Of a DNA stretch of 64,000 nt, positions 33,692 through 41,698 are shown piece by piece. Source of the DNA: Candidatus Firestoneibacteriota bacterium (lineage in GTDB: Bacteria > Oederibacteriota > Muellerivitia > Muellerivitales > Muellerivitaceae); the NCBI GenBank assembly GCA_013286205.1, contig JABDGD010000004.1, positions 4,293 to 68,292 of the forward strand, in the 5' to 3' direction. The position numbers and the translations under genes are program-made. Each line of letters opens with the position of its first letter. The first letter of the stretch is position 1. Under the pieces are notes generated by a model. The model was given only the letters and a program-made list of their open reading frames with translations, did no database searches and was not told where the DNA came from.

Positions 33692-34357
33692 TTAAAAGAG
33701 CGAAAGCGTGCCGGGATTCGTAAAGGGCTCCATACAGCGCGCGTCATTGTGGGATGGACTGTTGACCCAATCGCTGATCTCATAAGCTTCCATTAACTCA
33801 TCCGAATAAGACTTCAACAACGGTTTCAGGCTTTCTTCTTTCTGTTCCCCATCTAACCATTGCTCAAAATGCTGAGACGGCACAATGACCGGCATACGGT
33901 TGTGAATAGCCTGGACTGTGCGATTCGGTTCAACCGTTAGAATGACGCAGCTCTCGGAACCCTCTTTGGCTTTGGACGCTGCCCAAAAACCCGCCAGGGC
34001 GAAGGGCTGCTGGTCTTTAAGCCGTATAAAATAAGGCCGAGTTTCTTTGCCCTCGTGCCGCCATTCATAAAAACCATCCACTGGAATCAGACAGCGACCC
34101 TTTTGAATGGGTTCTTTGAAAGACGGTTTTTCAAAAACCGTTTCGGATTGCGCGTTCACTACCAACCGTTCGCCCAACCGCAGACCCCACGGGGATAACT
34201 TCATTTCACGCTGTTTTGATTTTTCATTCACGAAAGCCAAAGGAATCTTCTGAGAAGGCGCCACGTTATAGCTGGGCTTCCACTCGACGGCTTGTTCAAT
34301 GCCGAGCAGTTTGAGAATGGCCGCCATATTGGTTTTTAAGGTGTACCGGGAGCACAT
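33692..34357 (-). CDS. SOS response-associated peptidase (SRAP/YedK, abasic site protein)
   Basis: MCSRY (Cys2), YNVAPSQ, NAQSET, RCLIPVDGFYEW, IHNRMPVI. Confidence 0.93.
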   Translation of the reverse strand: MCSRYTLKTNMAAILKLLGIEQAVEWKPSYNVAPSQKIPLAFVNEKSKQREMKLSPWGLRLGERLVVNAQSETVFEKPSFKEPIQKGRCLIPVDGFYEWRHEGKETRPYFIRLKDQQPFALAGFWAASKAKEGSESCVILTVEPNRTVQAIHNRMPVIVPSQHFEQWLDGEQKEESLKPLLKSYSDELMEAYEISDWVNSPSHNDARCMEPFTNPGTLSLF

Positions 34358-34373
34358 AAGCGCCTCGAAAAAT

Positions 34374-34404
34374 AAAAACCCCTCTCAGCGAAAGCCAAGA
34401 GGGG
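34374..34404 (-). terminator. Intrinsic terminator downstream of tRNA-Val
   Basis: Minus strand cccctcttggctttcgctgagagggg-ttttt. Confidence 0.65.
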
Positions 34405-34410
34405 TATGAG

Positions 34411-34487
34411 TGGTGGACATTACTGGATTTGAACCAGTGACCTTCGCGATGTGAACGCGACGCTCTAACCAACTGAGCTAAATGTCC
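34411..34487 (-). tRNA. tRNA-Val (anticodon CAC)
   Basis: GGACATTTAGCTCAGTTGGTTAGAGCGTCGCGTTCACATCGCGAAGGTCACTGGTTCAAATCCAGTAATGTCCACCA; cloverleaf with encoded CCA; upstream TTGAAA-N17-TAAACT promoter. Confidence 0.95.
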
Positions 34488-34807
34488 AAAATCATCGAAC
34501 TATTAATATCGATTTGGCGTTTAACACTTGAGCGAAGCTCAACGTGTAAATGTCCAAGATCGTCAATGAACTTGAGGGGGCGTAGTTTAGGGCGAAAAAA
34601 CCGCCTTTTCAACTAACTAATCCTGACAACAACCGCCTGAAAGCGTAAAAGGCTTATCCCAACAGACCTCTTTTTCCAGCGATTCCCCGGGCGTGGGGGT
34701 TGTTGGCGCTTCAGAGGTTTCGGTTTTTTCTAATTCTTTGGGTTCCATAGACGCCTCAAAAAGGATGCTCTTTTATAACCCGAGTCCTGAAAAAAGGAAA
34801 GCGCCGC

Positions 34808-34839
34808 TTGACCCTAGAGTATGCTCTAGAGTGTAGAAT
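34808..34839 (+). promoter_or_regulatory. MerR-type promoter: elongated spacer with dyad operator
   Basis: TTGACC-N20-TAGAAT with CTAGAG-tatg-CTCTAG in the spacer. Confidence 0.8.
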
Positions 34840-34856
34840 TCATCCTTGGAGTTTTC

Positions 34857-35249
34857 ATGAAAAAACTAAAACCTCTTCAAATTGGCGCGGTAGCGAAGCA
34901 AAGCCAAACCTCTGTTCACACCATCCGCTATTACGAAAAGATGGGATTATTGAAGACGCCCGCCCGGGGCGAGGGCGGCTTTCGGCTTTATTCTTCCGAT
35001 ACGGTGGAGAAACTCATTTTCATTAAAAAGGCCCAGGGCTTCGGGCTCACCCTGAAGGAAATTAAAAAAATCATGGTTTGCGGCAATCAGGGGCTGGAAC
35101 CCTGCTGCGATTTAACCACCAACCTCTTCACCCAAAAGATTGATGAACTCGAAGACCGAATTCAAGAGCTCGAAGGCATGAAGGGCCGGTTGAAGTCGGT
35201 CTTGTCGGGCTGGGTCAAACCCAAATCGAAAAAGGATTTAGCGTCATGA
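34857..35249 (+). CDS. MerR-family transcriptional regulator
   Basis: IGAVAK..TIRYYEKMGLL..R.EGGFRLY, FIKKAQGFGLTLKEI; Cys75, Cys83, Cys84. Confidence 0.93.
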   Translation: MKKLKPLQIGAVAKQSQTSVHTIRYYEKMGLLKTPARGEGGFRLYSSDTVEKLIFIKKAQGFGLTLKEIKKIMVCGNQGLEPCCDLTTNLFTQKIDELEDRIQELEGMKGRLKSVLSGWVKPKSKKDLAS

Positions 35250-35668
35250 AACAACGTGTCTTGATTCTCTGTACGAAGAATTCATGCCGGTCCCAAATGG
35301 CCGAGGGTGTGCTGCGCCATTACGGTTCGGATAAGTTTGACGTTTTCAGCGCGGGGTCCGTTCAATCCCACGTGAACGCCAACGCCATCCGCGTGATGAA
35401 AGAGATTGGCATCGACATTTCGAGCCAACGGTCCAAAACCATGGATGAGTTTCTCAGCCAGTCTTTTGACTATGTCATCACCGTCTGCGATAACGCCAAC
35501 GAGTCTTGCCCCATTTTTCCGGGCGCCAAAAACCGCCTGCATTGGTCCTTCCCCGATCCGCCCCAGACTGAGGACCCGGACGAGAAATATTTAATAGAAT
35601 TTAGAAAAGTCCGCGACATGATTTTAGAAAAATTTAAAAAAGCCGCTACGGGAGACTTCAATTCATGA
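35246..35668 (+). CDS. arsC: Arsenate reductase, thioredoxin-coupled LMW-PTP type
   Basis: LCTKNSCRSQMAE, SAG, ITVCDNANESCP, HWSFPDP. Confidence 0.9.
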   Translation: MKQRVLILCTKNSCRSQMAEGVLRHYGSDKFDVFSAGSVQSHVNANAIRVMKEIGIDISSQRSKTMDEFLSQSFDYVITVCDNANESCPIFPGAKNRLHWSFPDPPQTEDPDEKYLIEFRKVRDMILEKFKKAATGDFNS

Positions 35669-36333
35669 ATTTAATCCTCTGGAAAAAAACTGTTGCCGAG
35701 GCTATCGGCACCTTCACCATTCTTTTCGCGGGCTGCGGAAGTGTGATGGTGGCGGAACGATTCCCCGGTTCTATTTCCTCCGGCGGCATCTCGGTCATCT
35801 TCGGGCTGGCGGTCATGGTGATGATCTACGCGGTCGGCCATATTTCGGGCGCTCATTTTAATCCGGCGGTCACGCTGGCTTTCGCGGCCACCCGGAATTT
35901 CCCTCTCAAAGAAGTCGGCGCTTACTGGTCAGCCCAGGTGATTGGCGCCGTCTCGGCCATCGGTCTTCTGACCGTTCTATTACCCCCCGGGCATACTTTC
36001 GGCGCGACCCACACTTCCTTACAGCCGCTTCAAGCGGTCGGCTGGGAAATTGTGCTGACCTTCTTTTTAATGTTCGTCATCATGGCCGTCGCCACCGATA
36101 CCCGCGCGGTCGGCACTATGGCCGGCGCGGCCATTGGCGGCACCGTGATGCTGGCGGCCTGGGTGGGCGGCCCGGTCACCGGCGCTTCCATGAATCCAGC
36201 CCGGTCTTTCGCCCCCGCGCTTTTTGAGGGCAATCTGGGCAGTCTTTGGATTTATCTGGTCGGCCCTTTTATCGGCGCTTTACTGGCGGCTTTCATCTAC
36301 AGCCACCTGCGCCATGAGCCTTCGGGGGAATAA
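35665..36333 (+). CDS. MIP family channel (aquaporin/aquaglyceroporin), probable arsenite channel
   Basis: ISGAHFNPAVT and GASMNPARS; ATGA-coupled to arsC. Confidence 0.93.
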   Translation: MNLILWKKTVAEAIGTFTILFAGCGSVMVAERFPGSISSGGISVIFGLAVMVMIYAVGHISGAHFNPAVTLAFAATRNFPLKEVGAYWSAQVIGAVSAIGLLTVLLPPGHTFGATHTSLQPLQAVGWEIVLTFFLMFVIMAVATDTRAVGTMAGAAIGGTVMLAAWVGGPVTGASMNPARSFAPALFEGNLGSLWIYLVGPFIGALLAAFIYSHLRHEPSGE

Positions 36334-36399
36334 CCCAATTCCGTTGCGCCCATCACCGGGCCTTTCTATATTGTCCTCACCTTCAAGAAAGCGCCAGGC

Positions 36400-37260
36400 A
36401 TGATACCATCCCATTTAAAAACCGCCTATGAGGCCTGCCAAAAGATGGCCTCGGCCCATTACGAAAATTTTCCCGTGGCCTCCCTTCTTTTGCCCGAAGA
36501 AAGCCGTCCCCACATTGCCGCGCTTTACGCTTTTGCCCGCACCGCTGATGATTTCGCGGATGAGGACCGCTATGAAGGACGCCGGATTCAGGAAATCAAC
36601 CGCTGGGAAAAAGGTTTGCGTGCCGCGCTGAAGGGACAAAAATCTCCCGCTATTCTTCAAGCTTTCGCTCATACCCTGAAGACCTTTCGGATTCCCCTCT
36701 CTCTGCCGCTGGATCTACTGAAAGCCTACCGCATGGACCTGACGAAAAAGCGATACAAAACCTGGAACGAAGTTCTTTATTACTGCCGGCACAGCGCCAA
36801 CCCTGTGGGCCGGATGGTTCTTTATATATCCAATATCCGGGACGAAAAACGGCACCGCTATTCGGACTCGATCTGCACCGGGCTTCAGCTCATCAACTTC
36901 TGGCAGGACACCGCTATCGACCTGGGCCGGAACCGGATTTATTACCCCCAGGCCGAATTGAAAAAAGCCGGAGTCAGGGAAAAAGACCTCCTGGCCCTCC
37001 AAAACTCTCCCGCGGCGCGGCTTTTAGTGAGGAACGCGGTGAATTACACCGAGCGTTCGTTTCAAAAGGGCTATCCGCTTTTAAACCAGGTCTCAGGCCG
37101 CTTGCGGTTAGAATTACGCGCCACCTATCTGGGCGGGCAAGGTATCCTCAGCAAAATCCAGAAGATGGATTACAATGTGCTTCAAAATCGGCCAGCCTGG
37201 ACAAGCCTCGATAAAGTCTCTCTCGCGGTGAATGCCCTGCTGGGCCGGGTGAAAGCTTAA
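36400..37260 (+). CDS. hpnC: Squalene synthase HpnC (hydroxysqualene synthase)
   Basis: HYENFPVASLL, YAFARTADDFADE, YCRHSANPVGR, LQLINFWQD, LRLEL. Confidence 0.92.
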   Translation: MIPSHLKTAYEACQKMASAHYENFPVASLLLPEESRPHIAALYAFARTADDFADEDRYEGRRIQEINRWEKGLRAALKGQKSPAILQAFAHTLKTFRIPLSLPLDLLKAYRMDLTKKRYKTWNEVLYYCRHSANPVGRMVLYISNIRDEKRHRYSDSICTGLQLINFWQDTAIDLGRNRIYYPQAELKKAGVREKDLLALQNSPAARLLVRNAVNYTERSFQKGYPLLNQVSGRLRLELRATYLGGQGILSKIQKMDYNVLQNRPAWTSLDKVSLAVNALLGRVKA

Positions 37261-37272
37261 CTCAGGGGTCCC

Positions 37273-38112
37273 TTGAATCCTCAAACCGCGCCTCTTCAAA
37301 ACAAAACGAGCTTTTACTATCCCCTTCTGCTTTTGCCGAAAGCGCAACGTGAGGGCATGGAAAGTCTGTACCGTTTTTGCTGGGCCGCTGATGATATCGC
37401 GGACAATAACGACCCCCTGCCGTTAAAACGCAAAAAACTCGCGCTCTTTAAAAAAAATCTCAAGCTGGCGCTGGCCGGTAAGGCCCAGGATCCCCTGTTT
37501 AAATCTTTTCAGAAAACCATTCAACAGTTCCAACTCTCGCCCCAGCCGCTTTGGAGCATCGTTAAAGGCGTGGAGCGGGATTTAAAACCCATTCATTTCA
37601 AAAAATTCGCCGAGCTGCACCGCTATGCCTTACAGGTGGCCGGCGGCCCCGGCTTAGCCTCGATGGAAATTTTTGGTTTTAAAGACAAAGCTCACCGCGT
37701 TTACGCTGAAAATTTGGGCGTCTTTTTACAAATCGTCAATATGACCCGCGACTACCGGGAAGACATGGCCCTGGGCAGACAATATTTTCCCGAGGAAGAC
37801 TTCAAACGCTTTCATCTGAATCCCCGCCAATTGGGTGACAACAATTCCCACTGGAATCCCTTCGTCAAATTTCAGCTCAACCGCGCCTGGGATCATCTGC
37901 AAAAAGCCCGCAAAGCTTTGACCCGGCATCAACAAAGTGAACTGGCGACCGCGGAGGCTATCGCGGCGGTTTACGTGCGGCTTTACCAGAAATTAAAAGT
38001 ACATCCTCATCAAATTTTGGAAGGCAGGGTGGGGTTGGCTCCGCTAGAAAAATTACTGTCCGTTTCCGGCGCTTCCTTCCGCTGTTTCCTCTGGAAATGG
38101 GCGAAAGATTAA
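37273..38112 (+). CDS. hpnD: Presqualene diphosphate synthase HpnD (divergent)
   Basis: TSFYY, LYRFC.AADDIAD, VAGGPG, LG.FLQIVNMTRD..ED...GR.YFP; between hpnC and hpnE. Confidence 0.8.
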   Translation: MNPQTAPLQNKTSFYYPLLLLPKAQREGMESLYRFCWAADDIADNNDPLPLKRKKLALFKKNLKLALAGKAQDPLFKSFQKTIQQFQLSPQPLWSIVKGVERDLKPIHFKKFAELHRYALQVAGGPGLASMEIFGFKDKAHRVYAENLGVFLQIVNMTRDYREDMALGRQYFPEEDFKRFHLNPRQLGDNNSHWNPFVKFQLNRAWDHLQKARKALTRHQQSELATAEAIAAVYVRLYQKLKVHPHQILEGRVGLAPLEKLLSVSGASFRCFLWKWAKD

Positions 38113-38194
38113 TGAAACTGACAAAAATTTTTTACCAAGATACTAAGCATTTCGAATTTGGGTGTCTTGGTGGCAAAGTATCGGAGTTTCATTA

Positions 38195-39529
38195 ATGCGT
38201 AAGGTTATTGTGGTGGGGGGCGGTTTCGCGGGCGTCGCGGCAGCCACCGCTTTAGCCGAAAAGGGCGTTCAAGTCGATCTGCTGGAATCCCGCGGTTCTT
38301 TAGGCGGACGAGTTTACTCTACGGATAACCCTTCTTTCCCCGCGCCATTTGATAACGGCCCGCATCTGCTGATGGGCTGTTACCACGAGACCTGGAAGCT
38401 GTTAAAACGGTTAGGCGCGCCCGATACCTTTCACAAAATCGACCCGTTAAATCTTTCGTGGCTTTGTCCTGGCGGTCAAAAAGTATCCCTTCAATGCGCG
38501 CCGCTGCCCGCGCCGCTTCATTTGGTCTGGGGGCTTCTTACCACCAACGCTTTTTCCTGGAAAGAAAAAGTATCGCTGACCAAAGCTTTGCTTCTTTTTT
38601 CTAAAAAACCTTTCTCTCTAAACCCCGAAATCAAAACTGTCGCGCAATTATTAGATTTCACCCATCAGGGCCCCCAGGCCCGGGAACGCTTTTGGATTCC
38701 CCTTTGCAACGCGGTCATGAACGTACCCGTCGAAATGGCTCCCCTGGCCGGCTTTGGGGAAGTTTTGCACCGCGTGTTTTTTGGGAGCCGCAAGGACAGT
38801 TCTCTGGTAGTCGCGGGAAAGCCTCTGAGTGATATCGGTTTTAAACAAACCCCCGCTTATTTGAAAAAGCAGGACGGTGCCGTTCATTTTCATGAGGGCG
38901 TTCAAAGCTTTAAAGTTTCAAAAGACAGTTTTGAGGTGCTAACCCGGCTGGGAAATACCTACACCGGAGACGCGCTGATCTGGGCTGTGCCGCCTTCTTC
39001 CTTATCCGCTCTTTGGCCCTCTGACGGCTGGGAGAAAATCAAAACCCTTCCCCAGTTGGGGAAATCACCCATCATTTCAGTTCACCTGATCCTTTCCCGA
39101 TCCCTATTTTCCGAACAACTCGCCGGCCTCTCGGGCGGGCGGTTTGAATGGGTCTTTAACCGCAACGCCAATTGGGGCTGGAAGGGCGGGGGCCAATATT
39201 TGAGTCTGGTCGCCAGCGCGGCCGAGCCGCTCGCCAAACAAACAGAGAAAGAACTGGTGGATCTGGCCGTTAAGGAATTAAAAACCCGTCTGCCCACTTC
39301 GGTCACGTTTGAGGTGCTTCACGCCAAGGCCACCCGCGAGATGGCCGCGACTTTTATTTGGACAGAGGAAACCGACCGCCTGCGCTTATCCACCGAGACA
39401 CCTTATCCTCACGTGAGGCTAGCCGGCGATTGGACCGCCACAGGCCTTCCCGCCACCATTGAAGGTGCCTGTTTATCGGGACACACCGCGGCGCAAAAAA
39501 CATGGGAACATCTGAACCAAACCCCATAA
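38195..39529 (+). CDS. hpnE: Hydroxysqualene dehydroxylase HpnE (FAD oxidoreductase)
   Basis: VVGGGFAG, LGGRVYS, DNGPHLLMGCY, LAGDWTATGLPATIEGACLSG. Confidence 0.9.
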   Translation: MRKVIVVGGGFAGVAAATALAEKGVQVDLLESRGSLGGRVYSTDNPSFPAPFDNGPHLLMGCYHETWKLLKRLGAPDTFHKIDPLNLSWLCPGGQKVSLQCAPLPAPLHLVWGLLTTNAFSWKEKVSLTKALLLFSKKPFSLNPEIKTVAQLLDFTHQGPQARERFWIPLCNAVMNVPVEMAPLAGFGEVLHRVFFGSRKDSSLVVAGKPLSDIGFKQTPAYLKKQDGAVHFHEGVQSFKVSKDSFEVLTRLGNTYTGDALIWAVPPSSLSALWPSDGWEKIKTLPQLGKSPIISVHLILSRSLFSEQLAGLSGGRFEWVFNRNANWGWKGGGQYLSLVASAAEPLAKQTEKELVDLAVKELKTRLPTSVTFEVLHAKATREMAATFIWTEETDRLRLSTETPYPHVRLAGDWTATGLPATIEGACLSGHTAAQKTWEHLNQTP

Positions 39530-39538
39530 AATAGCCTC

Positions 39539-41641
39539 ATGTCAAAGTCCCCTTCGGCCTCACCCTTGCCCTTTCATCCCTGGATTTATTTTTTTATTTT
39601 TTTAACCGCTAATACGCTGCTTTCCTATTTCACTTTTTCAACCGAGACCAATCTTTGGATAGGTTTTCTGGGCCTCGCCCTGCCCTTTGGCCTGGCCTGG
39701 TGGACTAACCGTTCTTCCGGAGACTCCCACACTCCCCTCTATCAAATAGAGTTCTTTAAAAAAATCCCAATCTGGGTTTGGCTGCTGATCGGCGCGGCGG
39801 CCATTTTCTTTCGTTTTTATAAACTCACCACCCTTTCCGCCTGGCCGACTTTTGACGAGGGCATGTTTGGATTCACCGCGATTCAAATGAATCAGAAGGG
39901 TGTTGACCGCCTCTTTTATATGTTTAGCGACATTCCGGTCTTCTACCCGTGGTTTTTAAGCCTGGTCTTCAAACTCTTCGGCCCTTCGTTATTTAATTTT
40001 TGCTTTTGGCCGGCGGTTTTTTCCACACTGGGCGTTCCCCTGGTTTATCTAGCGGCCCGGCAGTATTTTTCAAAATCCTTTTCTTTCTTTTGTCTGCTGC
40101 TGGCCGCTTTGGCTTTCTGGCCCTGTTACAGCGGGCGTTTTTGCGAGAATGAGGTTTTAATCTTCCCCTGGGAAGCCCTGGTGTTTTTGTGGCTGGGGAA
40201 ATGCGCCCAATCTTCCTCTCCCAAAGGAGACCGGTTCGCCGCCCTTTTGGGGCTGAGTCTGGGCCTGGCTTTTTACGCCGTGTATTTGCACTGGATGTCG
40301 GTCACGCTCATCGTGGTTTTCACCATGATTTTTCTCTTTGGGAAAGAACGGCCTTCGCGCCTGATCTGGTTCGCGCTGGGGCTGGCCCTTCCGGTGATTC
40401 CCTTTGTTATCCTCTCCGTTCAAACCGGCGGGGTGAATTACCTTCACTCCCAATCCATTCTTACGATGGCGGAACCCTGGATTAAAAAGATTCAATGGGC
40501 CTGGAATACCCCTCATGTTCTTTTTTGGGGAGCGGTATATGAAGAGGTTTGCTACCGGCCCGTTTGGGGCGGATTGATCAATCCCCTGTTGGGCGCGTTA
40601 TTCGGCGTGGGGCTGTTGGAAATTTTAAAAAACTTAAAAAACTCCTTGTACCTCTGGCTTTTGATTTCGTTTTTTATTTTTTTACTGCCGGGCGCACTGA
40701 GTTTGGGGTTTGAGTTTTTCCGGATCATTCCCATTCTGGTGGTGCTGATTCCGGTCATCGGCTTAGGTTGGGCCCGGCTGACTCAGGCGTTTTCTTTACG
40801 TTGGTCTACCGTCATTTTATTAGCCCTCATGATTCCATCACTCCTGCTGGACGCCTATCAGCTCTTAGGCGTTTATCCGCGCCTTTGGGACAATCCCTCT
40901 TACTGGCTGAAAGAAGTGAAGTCGATCAACAATTACCGGGCTTACCAAATTCTCAAATCAAAATCCCTATCCGATGGCCCAGGGTTTGTTTTCGCGGATT
41001 TTATTCCCAGCCTGGATGACCAAACTTTGAATTTGGCCGACTATTCCTTCAACGCGGTCAATAACAGCCGTCTGGACGGGGAAAAAGCCAAATGGGCCGC
41101 CGTGATGATTAATGTGAACTATCAGCCTTTTTTGGCCAAACGTTTTGGCAAAGGAACTATCTATTGGCTGTCGAAAGACCTGAATGCCGCCGACGGCGGT
41201 TGGATGCTTTGGATCATTGATATCAACGAAACAAACCGCCCCGTTTTCCGCCAATGGCAAAAAGCCAGTCAGTCCCTGAATGATTATTTAACCGACTATT
41301 TTCAGGGCACCAGCCCCGCGGGGAACCGCGTGATCCCCAAGGTTCTCGATACGCTCAACCAGATCGGGCCGCAATTCGCTGGCGATCCTTTTTTGGAATC
41401 CTGCTACGCCGAGAAAAAAGCGGATTTGCTTTATAAAACTCAGGGCGCGGCCGCTTCCAGCCAATACTTGATTCAGGCCCTTCCCCAGGGCTATCCCGCC
41501 GCCCATTTGTTTTACCGCTTGGGAACGCTGCAGCTGCTTCAACATCAGGAAGCCGAAGCTCGAAGGACCTTTCAAAAGGCCCTTCATGCCCCCATCAACT
41601 TCACTCAATCCGCCCAATTCCTGAATTCAACCGCGAAGTAA
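39539..41641 (+). CDS. GT-C fold membrane glycosyltransferase with C-terminal TPR, paralog 2
   Basis: WPTFDEG, WGGLINP, GPGFVFADF, DYSFNA, GYPAAHLFY, TPR-like tail. Confidence 0.75.
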   Translation: MSKSPSASPLPFHPWIYFFIFLTANTLLSYFTFSTETNLWIGFLGLALPFGLAWWTNRSSGDSHTPLYQIEFFKKIPIWVWLLIGAAAIFFRFYKLTTLSAWPTFDEGMFGFTAIQMNQKGVDRLFYMFSDIPVFYPWFLSLVFKLFGPSLFNFCFWPAVFSTLGVPLVYLAARQYFSKSFSFFCLLLAALAFWPCYSGRFCENEVLIFPWEALVFLWLGKCAQSSSPKGDRFAALLGLSLGLAFYAVYLHWMSVTLIVVFTMIFLFGKERPSRLIWFALGLALPVIPFVILSVQTGGVNYLHSQSILTMAEPWIKKIQWAWNTPHVLFWGAVYEEVCYRPVWGGLINPLLGALFGVGLLEILKNLKNSLYLWLLISFFIFLLPGALSLGFEFFRIIPILVVLIPVIGLGWARLTQAFSLRWSTVILLALMIPSLLLDAYQLLGVYPRLWDNPSYWLKEVKSINNYRAYQILKSKSLSDGPGFVFADFIPSLDDQTLNLADYSFNAVNNSRLDGEKAKWAAVMINVNYQPFLAKRFGKGTIYWLSKDLNAADGGWMLWIIDINETNRPVFRQWQKASQSLNDYLTDYFQGTSPAGNRVIPKVLDTLNQIGPQFAGDPFLESCYAEKKADLLYKTQGAAASSQYLIQALPQGYPAAHLFYRLGTLQLLQHQEAEARRTFQKALHAPINFTQSAQFLNSTAK

Positions 41642-41698
41642 AACGCCGGGCGCAAAAAACATGGGAACATCCCGGCCAAAACTCTTAAAATAGCTTCA

